Positions 28,182 to 40,900 of a stretch of 52,920 bases of DNA are shown piece by piece. Every line of letters begins with the position of its first letter. Within the stretch, counting starts at the first letter, position 1. The translations under genes and the position numbers were made by a program. Source of the stretch: Priapulus caudatus (lineage: Eukaryota); contig NW_014577067.1 of assembly GCF_000485595.1 (NCBI RefSeq), forward strand, positions 374,564 to 427,483, read 5' to 3'. The notes beneath the pieces are model-generated. The model did no database searches and was not told the DNA's origin. It saw only the letters and a program-made list of their open reading frames with translations.

Positions 28182-31140
28182 AACAAACACGTGCGCACGT
28201 ATAATATGTTTGTGGAATGCTATATATGATTGTTGAAAAGAGAAAATCGATGTTTGGTAATCGATGGTTGTAAATCTCAAATCTTATATATCGCCTAGCT
28301 GGCAAAGTATAGTTGTAATACATATATATATAGTGGTAAATATATGGTACACATATTATATGGTACACAAATATATGGTGAATAATGGTTTTTATTGCAG
28401 ATTGCTTTTAATAAAATATTCAAGATTTCATATCTTCATGAATTTGTCTAAGTGAATCACGTATCATTATTTGCATTAGATCCAATGTCTGAGGACGAGT
28501 GCATGTTTGTGGTTATGCTCGTACGCAAATCGAGACATAACGGTTGTGACAAATATTATTATTATGAGAATAAATTGTGAATACAAAATTGAAGGTGAAT
28601 AATAAATAAAAGTAAGAATAATATATAAGACGTAATATGCATGCAACTCAAATACATGTAATATAGTATCAACATATATCGTGTATCATATATCATACAG
28701 AACAATGTATATTATAACACACACGCGTGCGCGCACGCACGCACTTATACACACACACGCACGCCCGCACGCACGCACTTATACACACACACACGCACGC
28801 CCGCACTTATACACACACACGCACGCCCGCACGCACGCATATACCGTAATTAATAATCCATGATCAAGCATCATAACTAATCACAACGTGAGTAAATGAT
28901 ATATACGCGAATTATTTATGCTTCTTATATCGTATATGGTATGTTATCAGCATGTTATGTATATACTCATGATAATATTATATGATTTGTGCAACCCACG
29001 TTCTTGATTTGATCATTTGATTCACGTTAGATTATCATTCTTCGCTGCAGTCCCTTGGATTATAAAGCATTTTCTATTCTCTTTGTGAGGTTATAATATG
29101 ATTAATTATGTTGTTTATGCTGCAGACGATTTTTGGGTTCTGCTCACTGATCTCAATAATAATATTTTATTAATAAAATTTTATTATAGAGATCAGTGGT
29201 TCTGCCACTGGTTCTGCTGCTTTACTAATTTTTATTCGCTAGGTAGCAGCACCTACCTGAACCTGAGCCTAGTCAGAGCCAAGGAGCTACATATAACATT
29301 ATATAAATTATATATAACGTTATATGTATAGCTCCTTGGTCAGAGCTACCTCTAGTCAGAGCATATAAATCAGGCAGGCATGACTCATCAGCATATAAGT
29401 CAGCATATCATCAGCATATAAGTCAGTCATATATTATTTAATTCGATTTTTACCATAGTTTTTTTTATATGTGAACAGACTCACAAGTATAATTCGTACA
29501 CACTGTGAGAAGCACTAAAGCTGTGTGTAGTCTTAGAAAAATGCCATAAGGTTATAAATTAGCCCATGCTGGTGGCCGTGTTCCATTACCAATACCATGT
29601 TATATTACCAATATAATCCTAACAAGCAAGTATTATCTTTAAAGTTCAATTTAATATATTCATAGACATTGTAATTATGGACAATATCAGTATCATTACA
29701 ATATATCCCAAATACATACAATATATTAAATGATTACAATATTTATATATTATAATATAATTATAAGTAGTAACACCACATTCAATCTGTGCCATATATA
29801 GTTTTTCAATAATTATACTGTAACTAGTTAATAAACACCTGATATATTTACACCAGGTCACATAAAAATAATTACAAATCTGAAATGTTAAGCCTTATAA
29901 CCCCTCTTAAGATTTCATTTGATCTAAAATGGATATGAATGTACTTATACAGAAATCAGCATTTTGAGGTGCCATATGAAATAACACCGCATTGTACATT
30001 GTGCATGTACATACACCCAGACACGGTTATTTCGTTCAGTTGTCAGACACGATTGGTCTGGCGATGAGCTCCTTCATGATCTCATTGCTTCCGGCGTAGA
30101 TTGGTTGGACTCGCGCGTCGACATATGCCCTGGCTATAGGAAATTCCCACATGTATCCCCAGCCACCATGAAGCTGAAGACATTGGTTTGCAATCTTGTT
30201 CTGCAGGTCAGATGCCCTGAGAAGACAAACACAGGAACGTTATACATTTTACACACTCACACACGCATGAAGTATATACTTGCCCCAGAGTGCCTCTTGC
30301 AATACAACATCACAGACCCTAAGGTATATCAGCTTGAAGTGCTATTACTTTGAATGCTGTTCTGGCTTTCTATTTCTGATTTTTATTTCTCTTTTTTTTT
30401 CAGTTACTAATGTCCTTTGTCTTTAATCAGTTAATAATCTCCTTGATTGTTGACAATAGCACCAATGTATGCAAATTTATAAACGTCAGTAACTTCAACA
30501 TTGTTGATCTTCAGCCCATCTTATGACTCAGTGCAGACTTTCAACACTTCTGGTTAACCTTGAGAGGCCATATTAGCCTATATTCATGAGTTAGTTTAAC
30601 AAAAGAATAATTTCGCAAGTTATAATTGCAATGATGATAGTGAATACCATCTTGACAAGAGTGTGCATATAGGAAAAATCTTATAGCTATTTGGAAATAG
30701 ACACAGAGCACAAACAAGAGATCAGCAGCAATAGGGATGCAGTGGTTTAACACCAAAAAGTAGCTTACAGATATTTAGCCATGGAGACTGAGTAGTTATC
30801 TAGAGTCTCATGCTGATGCTGCTGCAAGCACTGGTCGTAAAATGCTCTCATCATACATATTTCACTCTTCATCTCGGCCAGCTTGTGTTGAACTGTCTGC
30901 AATTAAACAAAATAATGGCATAATGACATAGCCAATATAGCTTCAATGAATGATTTACAATATATGTATATATATATAATTTTAAATATCAGTATTGAAC
31001 TCACATGTTGGTATGTAAAAGGTGTTTGAATAAGAATATATACTAGAAAAACACGGATACATCTCTTGACGTGTTACGTTTGACTGACAAGGATGACTGG
31101 GGAGGTTTTAGAACGAAATGTCGTACCTTTCGATGTAAAT

Positions 31141-31185
<45 letters not shown>

Positions 31186-32306
31186 ATATATATACTTATC
31201 GTGTAAGAGGATTATTAAACGTCAACTACTTACACCGAGTGATGCTGCGTCTCGCACGTGTCAAACTCCTCCTCGTCGCAGCTCTCGCCACCCGAACTGC
31301 TATCGGTCGCCTCCGAGTCGAGCACCCTCTCCAGGTGACCGAGGTTGGCGGCGAGGCTGCTCGACACGCAGCTGATCTCGTCGCACAGGTCGTCGCCGAG
31401 GGCGACGGTGACCTGGTCCTCGCTGTGAGCGCCGCGACTGCTGTACAGCCGCTGACGCTGCGAGCCGTGGGCGCTCTCCAGCTTCCGCACGAGGTTGACG
31501 AGGGCCGCCGTCGACAGGTTCTTCACGTCCTCGCTCTGCAGCAGCTCGGCGTGAAAGTCGCTGCTGTTCGGCGCGCTGCAAGTCCTCGTCGTTGATCGCA
31601 CGCACGACTGCAGGTTCTTGCGCTGGTGCTGAACGAACGCCACCAGCTGTTCGCGCACATGCGTGTTCGTCTGCATCGTCTGCAGCCGCCGCAGACGCTG
31701 CAGCAGCCGCTCCGCACGTCGTTCCAGGTAAACCTGCCGCTTGCCGGCGTCCGCGAGCCTATCACACACGAGAGACTTCAGCAAGGTCAGTTCGGATTGA
31801 TCGTCAGTATCCATGGCACTCTCGTCCAGCTGTGTGGGAGAGACAGCTTCTGGCTGCTGAACGGTGGTCCTATTCTCGGCCAAAATGCTGCTGGCGATTG
31901 GGGATGACGAAGAACTGTTGCGTTGTCCCGTCATGTCTAGCTTTGGATTGCCGTTTGTGTTAGAACCACGTAGGTTACACGTCGCTTTCTGAATTCTATT
32001 TCCTCCCGTTTTCTGGTCGACGTCCATTGTGTTCACAATGCCAAAATTGTTGTTGGTCGCTGCAAGCTTCCGCAGTAGAGCCGGGATGTTGGCTTCTTTC
32101 AACTGACTGTAACCGTTGTGCGGCCGCACCAGAATCTGTGCCTTTTGAGCCTGCACGGGAGAGACAGCCCGCTCGCTTGCTGTGGGACTCTCACAGTCCC
32201 GCTCCCTATCAGTTTCCGGCGAGCTCTCAGATGGCGGCGGTGATGGAGGAAGTCTGAAACCTGAATGCACGGACTGCCTAATTGCATCCGACAATGCAGG
32301 CGCCAT
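12811..32306 (-). CDS. KANSL1: KAT8 regulatory NSL complex subunit 1 (KANSL1/NSL1); exons 32306-31234, 26047-25251, 25126-25003, 24262-24180, 22916-22469, 21453-21330, 20608-20350, (18531-18503 tentative), 14201-13940, 13007-12811; ~1130 aa
   Basis: MAPALSDA start; LLQRLRRLQ coiled coil; [59 protein letters not shown]-like CAARTRP; PEHE domain [51 protein letters not shown]. Splice phases checked; only the link between 20350 and 14201 needs a small extra exon or an alternative donor. Confidence 0.93.
15705..17048. mobile_element. Helentron/HINE-like non-autonomous repeat with nested hAT-like element (~16176-16517) and internal duplications
   Basis: Start GAAAGTGTCAGTGACACTGTAGCTCACC and end CCATGGCAATAGCTCATCTTGACGATGTCAAGGCGAGCTAAAAA (hairpin plus A-run, (GGAC)n) recur at ~35536-35890; 63-bp tandem duplication ~16310-16461; ~150-bp duplication 16518/16820. 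Confidence 0.65.
17849..20169. mobile_element. HINE-like repeat with nested insertions
   Basis: AACAAGAG..GCTCATCTGA start; end GCATCTGACTTCGTCAGATGAGCTAAAAA; 3' part (20025-20169) recurs at 35050-35202. Whether both ends belong to one copy is inference. Confidence 0.5.
18696..19163. mobile_element. hAT-type MITE
   Basis: TAGTGTTG...CACCACTA; 8-bp TSD GGAATTTC; ATCGAT-rich subtermini. Confidence 0.8.
20909..21307. mobile_element. hAT-type MITE
   Basis: TAGTGTTGTCA...TGACATCACTA; 8-bp TSD TAGGTAGG. Confidence 0.85.
22209..22406. mobile_element. hAT-Charlie-like MITE
   Basis: CAGGTGTTCTTAACC / GGTTAAGAACCACTG; TSD CGCTAGAC/TGCTAGAC. Confidence 0.8.
26863..28840. repeat. Microsatellite cluster: (CAGG)n ~26863-26928, (CA)n 28131-28181, (CACG/CA)n 28718-28840
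   Basis: Directly visible simple repeats. Confidence 0.9.
30036..30896 (-). CDS. ACADL: ACADL exons 8 (30896-30769) and 9 (30216-30036, stop codon), lying inside the first coding intron of KANSL1
   Basis: [33 protein letters not shown] | [59 protein letters not shown]; canonical splice sites; not in the ORF track. Confidence 0.95.
31146..31194. repeat. (TA)n microsatellite; a second one at 43158-43196
   Basis: Directly visible; both lie in inferred breakpoint intervals. Confidence 0.9.
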
Positions 32307-33833
32307 CGCGAAAGGACGGGACAGCCTCAATGGCCAGCGTGAACACATACAAGTGGTAGAATAGCAGATGCAAGATTCTCCACCTGATGATCCATAACGC
32401 CCACCTGGATGTCTCCCACCTGGTGAACGAAAATGCACATCAACATATAATTACAAATATGCAAATGCTTCAACAATATCACAACTCTGACTTTCGGAAT
32501 TATTTCAAGTTAAATTAGGCTTTAATTCTGCTGCAGACTAAATTACATTCTTCAATATGAACAATACATAAACACCAGATTTTAAAAATTGACCATGTGC
32601 GATGATGAACGATGCCACTGTTTGAGCTACTTCTTGCATCAGTGACACGAGAACATTTGCAGGGCCTAATTCAGGCCATTTTTCATACTGAATACGGGCC
32701 TCCCAAATTACGTCCCCTAGCAAAATGCCCAAATTACAAAATTCATAAAACGCCCAAATTAGCAGAGCTCTGATGCAGATCTCCATGTTTCTATCGTCAT
32801 GTTGTAGGCACTGTTTTATAATAAAATGCTCATATAAGATCTATAATCTATTATCTGAATAAAATGTGTCAACCAAACGTCCAATTTAACGTGATAGATA
32901 AGTATATATACAATTTCCCTGTACGGTTCCCCGATTAGGCTAGATACATAGATTAAGCCCCGATTTGTAAATGGTTATTCCATGTACCACAGAGAGAGCG
33001 ATAGTGCAATTCATCCTCTCTTATATTAATGATTACAAACCCCACATTCCATGTTTATAAAATGCAAAAAAAGTTCATAAAGCAAGTTATGTGAGCGAGA
33101 GACAGATCACAGAATGGCATCATCTCAATGTGCACATACGGTAATCAATAATAAAACACTATCTATAAACATGTTAAATGTCAAAAATATTACACCTGTC
33201 ATAGCTTTCCAAATACAACATTTATTCACAATGATGACAATAGTTGTAGGCTGAAGCATAATTTAGACAATTCACAGAAATTATATGGAGGCCAAAGGTG
33301 ATAACAAAGTGGCAGTCAGCCTGTAAAAGTATCTCTGGAACTAGCCACAAGTTCCCTTCTCGCTTAACACTACATTGGCCTACGACGTGCAACAGTCGGA
33401 GAGCCTGGTCGGTTTACTCTGGAACTATAATTAATGTGAGTACCCTTGAAAGTGGGTGACGAATCAGATGACGTAACATCATGAGTTATTAATACGCTGT
33501 GGCTATATGGCAGGCAGCCGGGCAGTCTTCGATTTCCTAAATGCCCTTAAACCCTAACCCTTGTTTACTTGAGATAATGCTGAAAATTAAAAAATGCCGT
33601 GCATTTAGGAAATCGAAGACCGTGGCCGGCAGCCGTCAGATATATGCCGGCTGCCGGGCATATAGACACTCTGTTATTAATATTATTGCGTCGTATACAT
33701 ACACTACGACACTAGGCCTACAATACATGCATTGCTACGACTCATGATGACTCGAACACGAGTGGCGTTTATCAAGGAACGAAGGCGTAACAAAATATCT
33801 CTGGCATGCATGCTGTTGTCCAAACTAACGTAC

Positions 33834-34450
33834 CAACGACCCTCCACGCCTGCTCCCCCAGGAACAGGATGGGTCTGTGGGGTGAAGTGGAAATTGCTCA
33901 GTTGCTAGACCGTTCTTCTTCCTTGACAAGAACTAGGTTGATGACAACGGCGTGACAGCTTTCAGTCTTCCTCTGTGCATTTTAATAAACAAGCAAATTG
34001 ACAACAATTTCAAAGTGCACAGTGAGGTAACTCATGCATTTAGGCATTTTTATTGACGTTTGTAAAGATACATAAGCCAAACGTAAATTTTTGGGCGTTT
34101 TGCAAGCTGGAGCGTACAGAACAGAAGACCGCGAGCGGGTTACAAATACGCGTAGGACAAACCACGTGATCAGGCCACGTCCCCGATGAACAAACAGGCG
34201 AATCAACATTTTTGGCAAGAACACATAGTAGCGATTTCCACCTTCTTACACGTAGTACAGCACATTATACTCACTCCACTGTAACGTCTCTGTATTGTTT
34301 TCACTAGTGCCGTCCGAATAAGCCAGAAATTTCCGCGAACTAGTATCGAAAATGTGCAATATCAAACGCCTCAATAATGGCGACGAAATGAAAGTCCGTA
34401 GACCTTCCAGACAACGAAAACGGGCGAGATAGGATGTGTGACGTCACATT
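33834..34450 (-). promoter_or_regulatory. Putative KANSL1 promoter and non-coding 5' exons (~34390-34275 and 33972-33834)
   Basis: CpG-rich; TGACGTCA at 34439-34446; YY1-like AATGGCG at 34376-34382; minus-strand donors GTGAG (34274) and GTACGT (33833), acceptor CACAG (33973). Confidence 0.55.
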
Positions 34451-34889
34451 AGTAAGACCCCTCTACGGCGTATTTGGTGATTGGTTACGAAGAAACTGCT
34501 CACTGTTACAATAATTGACTACCTCCCCAATAAACTTACAGTTATATGCAAATTAATGTAAAAGTATAGCTTACCAATTTTAACATATAAAAAATATAAA
34601 TTTTGAACACATTTTTATATTTAAATAGTACAACTTATTTTAGCGAAATTATATTTTGCCTGGATAAAGTTGCAAGTTTCATCGCCATATGGGGGTGGCA
34701 GCAGAACAAGTATCCGCCCATGTACAAAGGTACATGCTACAAGCGCCCTAGAAAATTTCGCGGGGTTTGCGTTCGGATTTCGGCCGACTTGGATTTTGAT
34801 ATATGAATGCAAGCAACTTCTGCATAGTCTCCAGTAAACATTATATGAGTCTGATACATACACATGCACGCACGCACACACGCACGCAC

Positions 34890-34920
<31 letters not shown>

Positions 34921-36179
34921 TGATCGCAAATATTCGAACCGAAAATAACCGAACCGAAATGTGAAAACCGAAAACCGAACCGAACCGTGAAGTTGTGATT
35001 CGTTGCACCCCTACCTTTGACCCCCAGCTTCGACATCCCAACTCGTTTTGACGATCCCCCCGACGTCCCGAATATCATGACCGTACGTCGAGCGGTTAAG
35101 ATTTGTGCCCAACTGTTGACGCACGCACGCACAGACGGCCGGACGGACGCACGCTCATGCGATTCTACAAGCTGCATCTCACTATGTCAGATGAGCTAAA
35201 AATGAAATGACCGCCGATTTGAAGGCAATCCGAAACACCCGACTCTTATAAGATGATGCAGTCCTCCTTTCTTGCCATGGACGTGATAAACGTGGCAATC
35301 CATGGTTTGAGTTGTCCAAGTGGCGCCAGTCAGTTTCATAGCAGCAAGAGATTTAATTGATATTGTGACTCACTCGTGACTAAAATAGGGTTCGGAAGAG
35401 TTATTAGGAATTTGGCACTATTGCTTTATCAGTTTTTGCTAATGGGTGAATCTATACTAAGTAGTCCTATAGTAATATTGATATTTATACTTATACAAAA
35501 CATTATAAAAATAAGTATAAATATTAAAATAAATGAAAGTGTCAATAACACTGTAGCTCACCACAAAAAAGGACACAAATGAGTGAGTGAGAAGAAGTCA
35601 GTTTTAATTGAGCAACCATCGACGTACATTATAGAAACGAAATTGCCATCTGTATATCGTATAAATAATTTATAAACCAAAATGAATCACAATTTGTGAC
35701 GGTAGATGGCGCTATACCCGCTTTGATGTTTCTTAGCATAAATCATTATATCATAATAATAATAGTATAAATCATAATATGTTCATAGCAGGAATTTTGC
35801 ATTATCGTTGACCCTAGCCAAATGTTGACGGACGGACGGACGACGACCCATGGCAATAGCTCAGCTTGACGATGTCAAGGTGAGCTAAAAAGAGGATATT
35901 CAAAAATCAACCCTTTGCATATAATTATAACGCATGTGAACCAATTACATCACAGGCCACATAACCAGAATCATCCTGCTAATTGCTACCAGATGTTGCC
36001 TGCTCTATCACTACTTCCTACACATACCAAAGCCACCCAGACCGATGACAAACGTCTTCATGAGTAGAAACTGGTTCTATGATACCAGACAGTTTATATA
36101 TAGAGATATATATATAGTACCAGAAGTTAATAAAGACAAAGGAGTTTGACACGTATTTGGTACTGATTTCACTACATAC

Positions 36180-36632
36180 TCGGTCTGTAGCCCTTGGCTG
36201 GAAAGTGGTTTTGCGCAACTTCTCAGATCGTGCGCTTTGAGTGGCGCCACCGTCGTTGTAATCAAACTGTAGTAGTTAGTTTTAAAACATTTTTTTTTAA
36301 TATTTCTAATGGTGATTGAACCATGAAACTTTTTATGTAGCGCAATTATAACCTAAATTAGCTGAAAATAACCCTAGAACCTAGAGGCTACTGTTCCTTT
36401 AAATTAATAAATAAGAAACACCCTCGGTCTGTAGACCTTGGCTGAAAAGTGGTTTTGCGCAACTTATCAGATCGTGCGCTTTGAGTGGCGCCACCGTCGT
36501 GTAATCAAACTGTAGTCGTTAGTTTTAAAACATTTTTTAATAATATTTCTAATGGTGATTGAACCATGAAACTTTTTATGTAGCGTAATTTTAACCTAAA
36601 TAAACTGAAAATAACCCTAGAACCTAGAGTAA
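36180..36632 (+). mobile_element. Two orphan RIGHT ends of a TTAA-flanked (Kolobok-like) element
   Basis: ~205-bp direct duplication (36180-36390 / 36423-36630); first ends CCTAGAGGCTACTGTTCCT|TTAA at 36398; second is interrupted by another element. Confidence 0.75.
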
Positions 36633-36635
36633 AAC

Positions 36636-37308
36636 TGTTAGGGTTAGAGACGAATTTTTGGTCGAAATTTCACTACCCACTTTATTTGATAGATCGCACC
36701 CATGGGCAGCTATGTATACGTAGAAATTATGTATGTACCCTCCCAAACAGATCCAAATCCCCTCATTAGACAATTATTAACACAGGAATCATGGAAAATT
36801 TAGAAAAGTGCTAATATCTCCATCGTTAGAAATGCTGACTTGTCAAACGCTATTTCTCGAAACTCACAACTCCGATTCAATTTTTTTGTTACAGTTTAAT
36901 GCTAACATATGAAAGGAAAAAAGTGTCCCTGTAATTTTTTTTAAATATTTTATTTTAAAAGTTATGGCTCTTTGTTTACGAAATTGTTGCGTTTTGAAAT
37001 TCACTACAAATTTTCGTACATCTTTTCAACTTCTTTCCTAAATTAAAGCATTTAAACAAAATTCCAGGGACACTTATGGTTAAACGTTTAGGTCCCAACT
37101 CTGCTGTTTCAGAGAAATAACAAAAAAGCATGTTTTTGTATAAATTCACAATTTTTGCAGTCACTTAATTAGCAATAAATTTAAAAAAAAATTTCATCGA
37201 GAGCGTAGAGAGACATCTCTCGTATGTATACATGGATATGAGTTTGATTGAATTAGATGAGTTATGTTGCAATGCCCTTTACAGTGTTACACGTCCATAA
37301 CCCTAACA
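36636..37308. mobile_element. Inverted-repeat element inserted in the Kolobok-like right end
   Basis: TGTTAGGGTTA ... TAACCCTAACA termini. Confidence 0.6.
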
Positions 37309-37525
37309 GTATCCTTAAAGAAATGTTGTAAATAAATCGTGACAAACTATTTTTTAATAACGAGTCCTACACGACGTGAATGCTGTGATTTGCTCTTCTA
37401 TGTAAGTCTATATTACCACATCAACTTCCCAAGCCACATGACTGGCCAACGTGAGCCAAATGACTGGCCAATAAACACTAACCTCGATGGGGAGTTAGTT
37501 CAAACCAAGATTATAATTTTCATAT

Positions 37526-37828
37526 TATCAGAATTAGATAATAGGAAAGGAGTGTGACTTCAATAAACAAGGGAAATTCGTCATTTACTAGCCTTAGAAT
37601 ACCTACTTAGAATGGAGAATCGTGTCGTACGTTTTAGTCTGTATCTCCGGATTGCGGGCGTATACAAGGAAACGATTTCGCACGATGCTAGGCGAATGTA
37701 CCGTGTACGATTTGAGCTCAAGTTGGTTGAGTTACGCGCAGTAAATCGTAGGTATTCGAAGGCTAGTAAATGACGAATTTCCCTTGTTTATTGAAGTCAC
37801 ACTCCTTCTCTATTATCTACTTCTGATA
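37526..37828. mobile_element. MITE with ~80-bp terminal inverted repeats
   Basis: GGAGTGTGACTTCAATAAACAAGGGAAATTCGTCATTTACTAGCCTT and its exact reverse complement at ~37758-37805. Confidence 0.8.
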
Positions 37829-37968
37829 CTATATATATTCATATACCAAGTTATACGAATGGCTGGTGCACACATACTGTAACATGTGTCACATGACTGG
37901 CCACAGTGTTTGAGTAGAAAGCTTGCCTTTCCAAGCCTCATGAATCATTGCCAAGACGGAAACCGCAC

Positions 37969-40062
37969 CTGTGCTTTCAAGCCAAGTTTCTTCAGTTTCT
38001 TGCCCTTCTTGAACCCTTCCATACCCTCCTCCACCAGAAACAAGCTGATACCACGGGCCGCACTCTTGGCCGTTGGGTCTGTTACTGCTACGACAATAAC
38101 AACGTCTGCCATGTGACCATTGGTAATGAAGACTTTGCTTCCATTAAGAATCCAGCCATCTCCATCTTTTTTGGCATTGGTTTTAATGCCTTGAAGATCA
38201 CTGTTATGGAAAAGTAGAGCTGGAAGATATTCTTGAGAAATATATGATCTATACAAATATATCTGTTCACGTCTATTTCATACCTAGTACATTGAAAATT
38301 CCACATAACTCCTTCAAGAGCCTATTATGATATAGGTTTAATTATATCACTACTATAAATTAACTTTTTTCTATATATACTGGTAAAAGTTGAAGCAATG
38401 GTAATATTGAAGCTGACAACTATTTTGTGAACTGACAGTTTGAAACGGGGGATTTTTGGCCCAGCATGATAGCTGCAAAGGTGACATGACAGCTTGGCTT
38501 GGACATTGCACATGCTGGGCACATTACACAGCAAATAACTCGGAAACTAACGGTAGAGAATGTTTACTCTCACCTGCCTGCTCCAGGTTCTGTCATGGCA
38601 ATAGCTCCTATTTTCTTTCCAGCTGTCATGGCAGGCAGGAACTTCTCTTTCTGCTCGGTAGTTCCGTAGTGACATATATAGGGCATCACAATGTCTGAGT
38701 GCAAGGCCCATCCTGGGCCTGATGCGCCAGAATACCCCCTGGAATTAATTATCAATACAATTACAGACAGGTCGGTCAATCCATAGTGCTTCAAGGACAT
38801 ACGATTTGTACCAGATGCACCTTTGAAACCATTTTTCTCATTATTTTATCCTAACAAGTTGGTACACAATTGCTATAGTTATTTGATAAGTACACAAGCA
38901 GCTTTGTTTAAACATATAGTTTATAGATGATTTTAAAATTAACAGCATTCCTGCAGAATGGTTGCATTGGTCTGTCACTAGCTGTGCACTGCAGTCATGA
39001 CTAACATCCATGGGCAGATTAATCTTCTCCCAAACTACTGCCCTATTTGCAACCATACTTACCATCCATGCTCAGTGGGGGTAGATAGAATGTCAGTGAG
39101 ACCACCTCCTTGCTTACACATTTAAGCCAGTGTTATTGATGTAGGTAAGTCAGTGTCATTCTAATAACTACAGGTGACATCTATTAAATCTACTAATAAG
39201 ATGAGCGAGAACCCATTAAATTCTCATCTAATATGAAGGACGTATTTCTTACCAAATTCAACTAGGAAGGTTAATTACTGCATTATAAGCAAAATCACAA
39301 ACTCCCACACAAGCACAATCACACACATGTGCGCACATAACCACATTTAAAACAGTAAAACACATACACACAAATAGCTATTAACTCAGATAAGTAATTA
39401 TACTTACTGCTCATCCCACACGATAGAGCTTGTGAGGATATCACTGCCAATGCCTCCCTCCTCTGCAGGTGTACTCACTCCCAACAGTCCAGCTTCACCC
39501 GCCTTCTCCCACACCTCACGGCTTACTTGTCCATCGATCTCCCACCTGCAACATTTGCCATTTTGCATTTGTCACATAATATTACTATCAAGAGGTAAGG
39601 CCTACCTAAGGAGGTATACCTAAGGTGTTATTAGCTCTTGTTACTAAGAATAAAACTTACTACTTAATTTCAAGATTCGCCTGTTTCTGTCACTCACCTG
39701 AAACATGCAGAGTTATACGACCAGTATAGCATCTTGGGATGCGTGAAAACAAAGCTTCATGTCAATGATGCGGCATGACCAACAATAGTGGTAGCGAGCG
39801 AATCACATTTGATTCTAAACAGCGCTGCACAAAATTATGTCCAGAAAACAGCACTAACCAAACGAGCGACTTCTCAGTACCCGGGTCCAACAACAAGATA
39901 CGTAAAACTCACTGGTCGTGATAGGGCATGACCTCCTCTTGGAAGAAACGGCGCACATTCTTTCGAAAAAGATCGTGCTCATCGGAGAAAATACGTCGAG
40001 TGCCGATGTCGGTGAGCTTTTCCGACTGGCCCGGCTCGGGCCGATCCATGTTGCAGCATCCT
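37969..40062 (-). CDS. ACADL: ACADL exons 2-5 (40062-39913, 39545-39408, 38738-38574, 38200-37969)
   Basis: KLTDIGTRRIFSDEHDLFRKNVRRFFQEEV; WEIDGQVSREVWEKAG; GPGWALHSDIVMPYI..GAIAMTEPGAGSDLQGIKT..LNGSKVFITNG..GISLFLVE..KLGLKAQ; phases 2,2,2,0 consistent. Confidence 0.96.
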
Positions 40063-40425
40063 CTAGACAAATTAATAGTGTCTATTAGATGCAATTAACC
40101 TCTCCAGGTAAACAGGAATAAATGACATACAGCCCATTACAGCGTCATATATTGCACAAATATATACAACAATTAACCAGTCTCTCGTTTGCTACAATAC
40201 ACGTAGACAATCACAACACTGTCAGCAAAGATGAGAAATGGAGTTGATATTAATTATTATTAGGTTTCTAAAAATCGGAAGATTTGGCATTCTGCCACTA
40301 TGCAGTCAGTCTGACGATCTAGGTGTTGAAAGTGCACATGTATGTGTGTAGAACTATTTAACACAAATTTGGAAGCTGGGCAGAAAAGAACAAAAGCAAC
40401 CATATCTTTTAAGGCACATGGTTAA

Positions 40426-40682
40426 AGGGAGAGTTTACTCTAGGTTCTAGGGTTATTTTGAGCTAATTTAGGTTATAATTACGCAACATAAAAAGTTTCA
40501 TGGTTCAATCACCATTAGAAATATTTTAAAAAAATGTTTTAAAACTAACGACTACAGTTTGATTACAACGACGGTGGCACCAATTAAATTAGGTATCTGG
40601 TAACAAATACGTGTGGGTATAGACGATTTGTTATACAGTAAGTACAGTTGTATGCAGTAAAATCCTAGAGGATACCGTCCCT
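40426..40682 (-). mobile_element. Complete short copy of the TTAA-flanked Kolobok-like family
   Basis: TTAA|AGGGAGAGTTTACTCTAGG...CCTAGAGGATACCGTCCCT|TTAA; one half matches 36250-36398 and the other 44189-44285 (both reverse complement). Confidence 0.8.
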
Positions 40683-40808
40683 TTAAAAAAAATCAACCAG
40701 AAATGTACCCTCTAACCCCGAGTATGGGTCAGATCAAGAGTAGATAATAACACATTAACTATGTGTTATTATCTACTCTTGGTCAGATAAAAAGAGATAG
40801 AAATATAC

Positions 40809-40900
40809 CAGTGAAAAAAAATACACGGGGGCTCGGGGCGATTTTTATGCACTCGAGCTTGAAAAGTAGCCCCCGAAAAATAAATAATATTTTTTTCCCT
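40809..40900. mobile_element. Minimal hAT-type element
   Basis: CAGTGAAAAAAAATA / TATTTTTTTCCCTG; 8-bp TSD AAATATAC; longer relative inverted at ~45670-45821. Confidence 0.8.

Noticed and set aside
36028..36061. Minus-strand MKTFVIGLGGF followed by a GTATGT donor, resembling a kinase N-terminus
   Set aside because: Only 11 codons, with no supporting downstream exons found.
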